NCBI GenBank assembly: GCA_001795245.1
Contig: MGOD01000043.1
Coordinates: 78,724-103,342 of the forward strand
Reading direction: 5' to 3'
Source of the DNA: Chloroflexi bacterium RBG_16_70_13
GTDB lineage: Bacteria > Chloroflexota > Limnocylindria > Limnocylindrales > CSP1-4
Length of the DNA stretch: 24,619 bases
The position numbers and the translations under genes are program-made. Positions 17,307 through 24,081 of the stretch are shown here, one piece after another. The notes under the pieces are model-generated. The model did not search any database. It saw only the letters and a list, made by a program, of their open reading frames with translations, and was not told the DNA's origin. Every line of letters starts with the position of its first letter. Position 1 is the stretch's first letter.

Positions 17307-18208
17307 CCGACGGAGCGCCCCGCGGGGCCGCGGAGACGCTGCTCCTCGGGACGATCAGCCTCGACCGGTACCTCGGCTCGGCCGTCGTGCTGCCGGGGGG
17401 CGGCATCCTCAACATGGCCTGGCACTGGCGGAACCTTGAACGCCCATTCGGGGTCGTGACTCGCGTCGGCGCCGACGACGGCGGGCCAATCCTCGCCTTC
17501 CTCGACCGCCATGCGATCGCGGCGGTCGGGGATGCGGTCGTCGCCCCCGGCCGGTCGTCGTCGATCGACATCGCGATCCGGCCCGATCGCCAGCCGGACA
17601 TGCAGAACTTCGTAGCGGGCGCCTGGGACGGCTTCCGGACCACGCCCGCTGAGCGATCGACCCTCGCGGCGGCCCGCCGCCTCCACGTCGTCCTCACGGA
17701 GGGAGCCGTCGCCGAGCTCGCTCGCCTCGGCGGCGAGGGCGTCCTTGCCCACCTCGAGGTCTCGGCCGACTTCCTCGGCTTTCGGCACTACGACCTCGAG
17801 CGCCTGGCGGCGACGATGGGTCGCGTCGATCTCGGCTTCATCGGTTGGCCCGGCGATGCCGACGCGTCCGAGGTTCGGGGGATGCGCGACGTCGCCTTCG
17901 CACTGCGCCGGCTGCTCGTCGTGACGATGGGCTCGCGGGCCATCCGCGTCTTCGACGGACGGTCCGGGCCGAGCGAGCGGCGGTACGAGGTGACCCCGGT
18001 CGAGGTGGCCGGCACGACCCTCGGCTGCGGCGACGCCTTCATCGCCTGGTTCCTCGACGAGCTGTTCCGGAGCCGGGACATCGACCGGGCGATCGAGCGT
18101 GGCAAGGCCGGTGGCGCGCTGGTCACGGGCTGGGTGCGACCGCTCCCCGACGACGCCTATCTCACGCCGGCCACCGACGCACTTCCGACCAGCCTTCGCA
18201 CGACCTGA
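17303..18208 (+). CDS. PfkB/ribokinase family kinase (301 aa)
   Basis: GTG start overlapping the upstream stop. PGGGILNMA (GG..N.A), TRVGADD, VVTMGSRA and C-terminal anion-hole motif GTTLGCGDAF. Confidence 0.85.
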   Translation: MTDGAPRGAAETLLLGTISLDRYLGSAVVLPGGGILNMAWHWRNLERPFGVVTRVGADDGGPILAFLDRHAIAAVGDAVVAPGRSSSIDIAIRPDRQPDMQNFVAGAWDGFRTTPAERSTLAAARRLHVVLTEGAVAELARLGGEGVLAHLEVSADFLGFRHYDLERLAATMGRVDLGFIGWPGDADASEVRGMRDVAFALRRLLVVTMGSRAIRVFDGRSGPSERRYEVTPVEVAGTTLGCGDAFIAWFLDELFRSRDIDRAIERGKAGGALVTGWVRPLPDDAYLTPATDALPTSLRTT

Positions 18209-18219
18209 AGGAGACCCCG

Positions 18220-18999
18220 ATGCCCCAGATCCACCTCCACGCCGAGCCCGGCGACTACGCCCCGGTGGTCCTCCTGCCCGGCGATCCCAACCGGGCGACG
18301 CGAATCGCGGCCCGCTTTGACGGCGGCCTCGAGGCGAGCCGGCTCGTCTCGGCCCACCGAGGCCTGCTCGGCTACACGGGGAGGGTCGACGGCGTCCCGG
18401 TCAGCGTCCAGACCACGATGATGGGAACGCCCACGACCTCGATCGTCGTCGAGGAGCTGCTCATGCTGGGCGTCACGACGTTCATCCGGGTCGGGACGAC
18501 CGGCGGCTTCTCCGGGACGCAGATCGGCGACGTGGTCGTGGCCCTTGCCGCCGCCTCGGCCTCGGGGATCGGCGTGGTCCTCGGCGGCGGTGAGCCGACC
18601 GCCCCGACCGCCGACCTCGCGGTCGTCCTGGCCCTGCGGCGGGCCGCCGAGGCGGCCGGGCTGACGGTTCACGTGGGTCCGGTCGTCACCTCCGACGTCT
18701 TCTACGACCCGCACCCCGACGGCGTCGTCCGCTGGGGCCGGCGCGGCTACCTGTCGGCCGAGATGGAGACGGCGGCGCTCTACCTTCTCGCGATGCGGGA
18801 GCGGGCGAAGGGCCGGCCCGTCCGGGCGGGCTCCATCCTGACCGTCTCCGACGTCATCGCCGATCCGTCGCAGGCGGAGGGGGTCCGGGCCAGCGGCGAC
18901 GAGGCCTGGTTCCGACCGCCCGAGGACGAGGTCACCCGGCGTGTCGACCTGACGATCGGGGCGGCGATGGCCGCGGCCGCGGAACTGGGCCGGAGCTGA
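18220..18999 (+). CDS. deoD: Purine nucleoside phosphorylase, DeoD/PNP_UDP family 1 (259 aa)
   Basis: ATG 18220 after AAGGAG. IH..EPGD.A.VVLLPGDP.RA, HRG, FIRVGTTG, TSDVFY, AEMETAALY, LTVSD. Confidence 0.85.
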   Translation: MPQIHLHAEPGDYAPVVLLPGDPNRATRIAARFDGGLEASRLVSAHRGLLGYTGRVDGVPVSVQTTMMGTPTTSIVVEELLMLGVTTFIRVGTTGGFSGTQIGDVVVALAAASASGIGVVLGGGEPTAPTADLAVVLALRRAAEAAGLTVHVGPVVTSDVFYDPHPDGVVRWGRRGYLSAEMETAALYLLAMRERAKGRPVRAGSILTVSDVIADPSQAEGVRASGDEAWFRPPEDEVTRRVDLTIGAAMAAAAELGRS

Positions 19000-19000
19000 C

Positions 19001-19021
19001 CGACCCGCCCGGCCCGGGTCG
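19001..19021. terminator. Hairpin between convergent genes; possible bidirectional terminator
   Basis: CGACCCG (19001-19007), 7-nt loop, CGGGTCG (19015-19021) fills the 24-nt gap between two stop codons. No U-tract. Confidence 0.4.
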
Positions 19022-19023
19022 TC

Positions 19024-20181
19024 TCAGCGGACGTACGAGAGGCCGAGGGCGAAGTCCTCGAGGAGGTCGTCGACGTCCTCGCATCCGACGGACACTCGGA
19101 CCATCCCGCCCTGCTTCGGCCGCGGGTAGACAAGGGTGCAGATGTCGCCGAGGCTGACCCCGATGTCGCAGAGGCGGAGGTGGTCCGTGAAGGCGGCCAT
19201 GCCGGTGATCCCGCCGCGGGGCTGGAACGTCAGCATCGCCCCGCCCGGGCCCTCGATGAGCCTGGTCGCCACGTCGTGGTCGGGGTGCGAGGCGAGGCCC
19301 GGGTAGCGGACCCAGTCGACGGCCGGCTGGGCCTCCAGCCAGGTCGCGAGCTGGACGGCGTTGTAGGAGGCGGCCCGCGAACGGAGCGGCAGGGTTCGGA
19401 TGCCGCGCATGACGAGGAAGCTGGCGAACGGGCTGGCCGCCTGGCCGAGGGCGTCAGTCAGCTTCCGAATCGGGTCGAGGAGGGCCTTGGGGCCGGACAC
19501 GACCCCCGACACGACGTCGCCATGCCCGGAGAGGTACTTCGTCGCGGCGTGGACGACCATGTCCGACCCGTGCTCGATCGGGCGGAGGAGGGCCGGCCCG
19601 AGGAAGGTGTTGTCGGCGATGACGATCAGCCCGTGGCCATGGCCGAGCTCGGCCAGGGCGTCGATGTCGGGGACGCGCAGGCGCGGGTTCGTCGAGGTCT
19701 CGAAGAAGAGGACCTTCGTCTGCGGCGTGATCGCCGCCTCGACAGCGGCGAGATCGGTGATGTCGACGCGCGTGACCCCGATGCCTCGGCGCGGGAAGTC
19801 GTCGCCGAGGAGGACCTCGGTGATCACGAACAGCTCGTCGCCGACGACGACGTGATCGCCGGCCTCGAGGTGGGTGAGCAGCGTCGACGACACGGCCGCC
19901 ATGCCCGACGACGAGACGATCGAGTCCTCGGCGCCCTCGAGCGCGGCGACCTTCTCCTCGAGCGCCCGGTTCGTCGGGTTGCCCGTCCGCGAGTAGAAGT
20001 ACGCCCCCGGCTCCCAGGCCAGCGCCCGGTCGACGGCGTCCTCCTTCTCGGCGGCCGTGTCGAACGAGAACGTCGAGGTCGCGTAGATCGGCGGCTTGTG
20101 GGCCCGGGTCGTCGGGTCGGGCCGCTCGCCGGCATGGATGGCCCGGGTGGCGAAGCCACGCCCGTCCGTTCGTTCCCGCAT
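19024..20181 (-). CDS. PLP-dependent Cys/Met metabolism (trans-sulfuration fold) enzyme, atypical active site (385 aa)
   Basis: TRAIHAG, PIYATSTF, YSRTGNPT, SSGMAAV, ETSTNP, IADNTF, HAATKYLSGHGD (PLP Lys), RGIRTL, YPGL..HP.H, SLG, VRVSVGCED. Confidence 0.9.
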   Translation of the reverse strand: MRERTDGRGFATRAIHAGERPDPTTRAHKPPIYATSTFSFDTAAEKEDAVDRALAWEPGAYFYSRTGNPTNRALEEKVAALEGAEDSIVSSSGMAAVSSTLLTHLEAGDHVVVGDELFVITEVLLGDDFPRRGIGVTRVDITDLAAVEAAITPQTKVLFFETSTNPRLRVPDIDALAELGHGHGLIVIADNTFLGPALLRPIEHGSDMVVHAATKYLSGHGDVVSGVVSGPKALLDPIRKLTDALGQAASPFASFLVMRGIRTLPLRSRAASYNAVQLATWLEAQPAVDWVRYPGLASHPDHDVATRLIEGPGGAMLTFQPRGGITGMAAFTDHLRLCDIGVSLGDICTLVYPRPKQGGMVRVSVGCEDVDDLLEDFALGLSYVR

Positions 20182-20255
20182 CGGGACCTCGCGCTGGTGG
20201 GACTCGTTCGAGGTGGCCGCTCGGCCGCCCGCGGCTCCGTGACCGCCCGGTCAGT

Positions 20256-20528
20256 CTAGGGGAGCGCGAAGCCGGCGAAGACGAGGACGAAGCCGATTCC
20301 GGCGATAACGGCCCCGTTGCGGGCCTGTCGCCGGAGCACGTCCATGGCGACCGAAGCGCCGGTCGGCCCCGAATCGCGGAGCCCGCCCCGCCAGGCCTCG
20401 TAGCGGGCGACGTTCGCGTCCTGCTCCTTGAGTGCCCGGTAGCGCCGCCAGGGCTCCCGGGCCCGGAGGTACCCGAGGCCGATGAGGGCGACCCCGGCGA
20501 TCCAGAGGACGACGTTGAGGCTCCCCAT
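20256..20528 (-). CDS. Small two-TM membrane protein (90 aa), unknown function
   Basis: ATG 3 nt after the gatB stop, with GGAGGG SD overlapping the gatB end. Hydrophobic N- and C-terminal helices flank a charged amphipathic loop. Confidence 0.7.
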   Translation of the reverse strand: MGSLNVVLWIAGVALIGLGYLRAREPWRRYRALKEQDANVARYEAWRGGLRDSGPTGASVAMDVLRRQARNGAVIAGIGFVLVFAGFALP

Positions 20529-20531
20529 CAG

Positions 20532-22034
20532 TCACCCTCCCGCCGCGAGGCGCTCCCGAAGCGCCGCCTGGACGACCGCGGCGTTGGCCTGGCCGCGCGT
20601 CTCTTTCATCACCGCCCCGACGAGGAAGCCGATCGCCTGGGCCTTGCCGGCCCGGACGTCCGCAACCGCGCCCGGGTTCGCGGCGATGACCTCGTCCACG
20701 ATCTCGCCGAGCGCCCCGGCATCCGAGATCTGGCGGAAGCCCTCTTGTTCGATGATGGCCGACGTCGGGGTGCCAGTTTCGATGTGCAGCGACAGCACCT
20801 CACGCGCGTTCGCGAGTGAAATCGTGCCTTTGCCCTGCTCCGCGATGAGGTCCGCGAGCCCCTGGCCCGTCGAGTTGCCAACGAAGCCCTGTTGTGAGCG
20901 ATCGATCCTCGTGTTCGACGCGGCTGCGTATTCCTGCGTCACCCACCGGCCTACGTCCACCGGGCGCAGTTCGGGTCGAGCCGCGAGTGCTCCTTCAAAG
21001 GCCGTAACGAGGTCGTTGTTGGCGACGATTGTCCCCGCCACGCCCTGCGCAAGCCCGAGGGTGCCGTAGCGACGCCGCCGCTCAGCCGGCAGCTCCGGCA
21101 GCGCCGACCTGATCTCGGCGAGCCACGCGGCGTCGACCCGCAGCGGCGGCAGGTCCGGCTCGGGGAAGTAGCGGTAGTCGTCGGAGGTCTCCTTGACCCG
21201 CATCCGGTAGGTCTCGCCGCGCTCGTCGGACCAGCCACGGGTCTCCTGGACGAGCGGCTCGCCGGCATCGAGCGCGGCCGCCTGTCGCTCGATCTCGAAA
21301 TTGATCGCCCGCTCCACGCTCCGGAACGAGTTCATGTTCTTGACCTCGACCTTGGTCCCGAACGCTTCCGTCCCCCGCCGACGGAGCGAGACGTTGGCCT
21401 CGACCCGCATCTGGCCGCGCTCCATGTCGGCGTCCGAGGCCCCGATCGTCCGGACCAGGAGCTGGAGCTCCTCGGCGTAGCGGCGGGCCTGCTCGGCGCT
21501 CCGGACGTCGGGCTCGGTCACGATCTCCATGAGTGGCACGCCCGAGCGATTGAAGTCAACGAGGCTGATCCGCTCCCCGCCGGGTCCCGGGGCATGGACG
21601 AGCTTGGCCGTGTCCTCCTCGAGGTGGGCCCGGGTGATCCGGATCGTGAACGGGCCGTCGCTCGTGTCGATCGTCAGCTCGCCGGCGGCGGCGAGCGGCA
21701 GGTCGTACTGGCTGATCTGGTAGCCCTTCGGCAGGTCCGGGTAGAAGTAGTTCTTGCGGTCCCAGCGGGTGTGCTCCGGCGTCCGCGCGCCGATCGCCGC
21801 GCCCGTCGCGAGGACAAGCTCCACGGCCCGGCGGTTGATGACCGGCAGGGCGCCGGGCAGACCCAGGCAGACCGGGCAGGTGTGGCTGTTCGGCGCGGCG
21901 CCGTCATAGGCGGTGGAGCAGCCGCAGAACATCTTCGAGGCCGTCCGCAGCTGGCCGTGGACCTCGATCCCGATGACCGGCTCCCAGTTCTCGACGATCC
22001 CGGCCAGGCGATCGGTTGCCGCCGTCGCGCTCAC
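20532..22034 (-). CDS. gatB: Asp-tRNA(Asn)/Glu-tRNA(Gln) amidotransferase subunit B (500 aa)
   Basis: IGIEVHGQL, Zn site FCGC..CPVCLGLPG, RKNYFYPDLPKGYQISQ, HLEEDTAK, DFNRSGVPLMEIVTEPD, KVEVKNMNSF, DYRYFPEPDL, FLVGAVMKETRGQAN. Confidence 0.98.
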   Translation of the reverse strand: MSATAATDRLAGIVENWEPVIGIEVHGQLRTASKMFCGCSTAYDGAAPNSHTCPVCLGLPGALPVINRRAVELVLATGAAIGARTPEHTRWDRKNYFYPDLPKGYQISQYDLPLAAAGELTIDTSDGPFTIRITRAHLEEDTAKLVHAPGPGGERISLVDFNRSGVPLMEIVTEPDVRSAEQARRYAEELQLLVRTIGASDADMERGQMRVEANVSLRRRGTEAFGTKVEVKNMNSFRSVERAINFEIERQAAALDAGEPLVQETRGWSDERGETYRMRVKETSDDYRYFPEPDLPPLRVDAAWLAEIRSALPELPAERRRRYGTLGLAQGVAGTIVANNDLVTAFEGALAARPELRPVDVGRWVTQEYAAASNTRIDRSQQGFVGNSTGQGLADLIAEQGKGTISLANAREVLSLHIETGTPTSAIIEQEGFRQISDAGALGEIVDEVIAANPGAVADVRAGKAQAIGFLVGAVMKETRGQANAAVVQAALRERLAAGG

Positions 22035-23233
22035 GCCGCGCTCCGGCAGCGCGCGACGAACCTCCCGATGCGCACGAGTGCCTCCTCGAGCTGTTCGTAG
22101 CTCGTGGCGTAGCAGGCGCGGACGTGGCCCTCGCCCGATGGCCCGAAGGCTCCACCCGGGACGACCGCGACGTGCTCCTCGGCGAGCAGCCGCTCGGCGA
22201 ACGTCTCGGAGTCCAGGCCGGTCGAGGTGATCCGGGGGAAGGCGTAGAAGGCACCCCGTGGCTCGAACGTATCGAGGCCGATGGCGTTGAAGCCATCGAC
22301 GACGAGCCGCCGGCGCCGGTCATACTCGGCGAGCATGGCGACGACGTCCGGCTCGCCCTCCTCGAGGGCAACGAGAGCGGCATCCTGGGCGACGGTCGGG
22401 GCCGACATGATCCCGTACTGGTGGACCTTGACGATTCCCTCGAGGATCCCCGCCGGGGCCGCCAGCCAGCCGACCCGCCAGCCGGTCATGGCGTAGGCCT
22501 TCGAGAAGCCGCCCATGAGGATCGTCCGCTCCCGCATGCCCGGCAGCGACGACATCGCCCGGTGGGTGTACGAGCCGTAGGCGAGTCGGTCGTAGATCTC
22601 GTCGCTGTAGACGAGGAGGTCGTGACGAACCGCGATCTCGGCCAAAGCGTCCTGGACCTCGGGCGGCAGGACGGCGCCGGTCGGGTTGCACGGGTAGCCC
22701 AGGAAGAGGGCCTTCGTCCGCGGCGTGATCGCCGCCTCGACGGCCACGGGGTCGATCGCGAAATCGTCCTCGAACCGGGTGGCGACGTGGACGGCCGTGC
22801 CGCCGGCGAACACGATCGCCGGCACGTACGCGACGTACGACGGCTCATGGAGGATCACCTCGTCGCCCGGATCGCAGGTCGCCCGGAGGGCGAGGTCGAC
22901 CGCCTCGGACGCGCCGACGGTGACGAGGAGCTCCCGCGCCGGGTCGTAGCTCACGCCGTAGCGCCGCTCGAGGTGGCGATGGAGCGCCTGGCGAAGCTCG
23001 ACGGTGCCGTAGTTGGAGGTGTAGTGCGTGCGGCCCTCGCGCAGAGATTCAACGCCGGCCTCGATGATGTGGCGGGGGGTGTCGAAGTCGGGCTCCCCCA
23101 CCCCGAGGCTGATGACGTCGTCCATCGTCGCCAGGATGTCGAAGAACTTCCGGATCCCCGACGGCGGCACCGCCAGGACGCGTTCAGACAGTGCCCGCTC
23201 GGCAAGCGGCGGGCGGGTCGACTCGACGGTCAC
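22031..23233 (-). CDS. Class I/II PLP aminotransferase (aspartate/alanine aminotransferase-like, 400 aa)
   Basis: PSGIRKFFD..VISLGVGEPDFDTP, YPCNPTG, SDEIY, GFSKAYAMTGWRVG, PRGAFYAF, VPGGAFG, VRACYA. GTGA overlaps at both ends. Confidence 0.95.
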   Translation of the reverse strand: MTVESTRPPLAERALSERVLAVPPSGIRKFFDILATMDDVISLGVGEPDFDTPRHIIEAGVESLREGRTHYTSNYGTVELRQALHRHLERRYGVSYDPARELLVTVGASEAVDLALRATCDPGDEVILHEPSYVAYVPAIVFAGGTAVHVATRFEDDFAIDPVAVEAAITPRTKALFLGYPCNPTGAVLPPEVQDALAEIAVRHDLLVYSDEIYDRLAYGSYTHRAMSSLPGMRERTILMGGFSKAYAMTGWRVGWLAAPAGILEGIVKVHQYGIMSAPTVAQDAALVALEEGEPDVVAMLAEYDRRRRLVVDGFNAIGLDTFEPRGAFYAFPRITSTGLDSETFAERLLAEEHVAVVPGGAFGPSGEGHVRACYATSYEQLEEALVRIGRFVARCRSAA

Positions 23234-23805
23234 CCCGGGAACTCCTCTGGGTGGGCTCGGATGTACGCAGCTCGATCAGGCTCCGCGTCGGGCAGGCTGA
23301 ACCAAGCCTCATGAAAGGCGTCGTCAGCTCGGTCGGGTGAATCCTCGCTCAGGCCTGACGCAACGAGATCGGCGAGTGCGTCGGCGTGCTCCTCGAGACC
23401 GAGGAGCCGAAACCCATCAATGGCATCGGGCAGCAGACTGTCGACCGCGTTGTAGAAGACAGCGGGCGCGCCCCCGTTATCGATCTCGCCCTGGATGACC
23501 CGAGTCGCAACGATCGCCCGCTGACCCGGCGTCCAGTGGGGCAGGCACACGAGCGGCGCGGAAGGCTGCCCATTGCTCGCCTCGTCGAGGAGCTGCTCGA
23601 GTACCGGCTGGACCGTCGCGGAGTCGTCCGGCTCCTCGCCCGCCGCCGCAGCCAGATTCCGCTCGACGTCGCGCCACCGGGCCGGATCGTCGTCGATGGT
23701 CGTGCCGAGGCCCTTCTCGAGTCGACCGACGAGCTCGGAGTCGAGCGTGATCCCGAGGTTCTGCTCGATGAACGAGCGGAGCCCCGGCGTGTGCTCTGGT
23801 GCCAT
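23230..23805 (-). CDS. DMP19/DUF4375-like acidic protein (191 aa), putative DNA mimic
   Basis: Preferred ATG at 23805. C-terminal half has GEIDNGG..VFYN..DAIDGFRLLG..EHADAL and ends AYIRAHPEEF, which I recognise as the DUF4375 pattern. Hand count about 37 D/E versus 12 K/R. Confidence 0.7.
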   Translation of the reverse strand: MAPEHTPGLRSFIEQNLGITLDSELVGRLEKGLGTTIDDDPARWRDVERNLAAAAGEEPDDSATVQPVLEQLLDEASNGQPSAPLVCLPHWTPGQRAIVATRVIQGEIDNGGAPAVFYNAVDSLLPDAIDGFRLLGLEEHADALADLVASGLSEDSPDRADDAFHEAWFSLPDAEPDRAAYIRAHPEEFPG

Positions 23806-23812
23806 GGCATGA

Positions 23813-23818
23813 AGCGTA
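23813..23818 (-). promoter_or_regulatory. Candidate -10 (TACGCT) 7 nt before ATG 23805, leaderless architecture
   Basis: Minus strand reads TATCGTACGCT-TCATGCC-ATG with no SD. TAnnnT-N7-ATG is the usual leaderless spacing. Confidence 0.45.
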
Positions 23819-23896
23819 CGATATCGATGCCGGCGTTCCTGGTGCTGTGGCCCCGATGACCCGCCGACGCCGCCCACCGGACCCACACCCGCTGGT

Positions 23897-23911
23897 GTGA
23901 CCTAGGGTCAC
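23897..23911. promoter_or_regulatory. Perfect palindrome GTGACC-TAG-GGTCAC; possible operator
   Basis: 6-bp arms with a 3-nt spacer. Degenerate copies at 23968-23982 and 24040-24054. Confidence 0.45.
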
Positions 23912-24023
23912 GTTCCGCAGGTCCAGGCGGCCCAAGTGGCCCTCAACGGCGCGCTCCGAGCCCGTCCGTGACCCTGGGTCGTCAAGACGCATCGAGGACA
24001 CCGACCGCAGCGCACGTGGGCTC

Positions 24024-24062
24024 CCTCGGCCCGCGATTGTTGACTGAGAATCACGGCCGAGG
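24024..24062 (-). terminator. 14-bp hairpin ~20 nt after the upstream stop; possible terminator
   Basis: Minus-strand RNA CCUCGGCC-GUGAUU-(10-nt loop)-AAUCGC-G-GGCCGAGG with one G-U pair and one bulge. No U-tract. Confidence 0.45.
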
Positions 24063-24081
24063 CGCACTTCGCAGCGCCGGA

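Noticed and set aside
23477-24067. 196-aa - strand ORF crossing the intergenic region
   Set aside because: Overlaps the DMP19-like gene out of frame, has low-information composition and no motifs.
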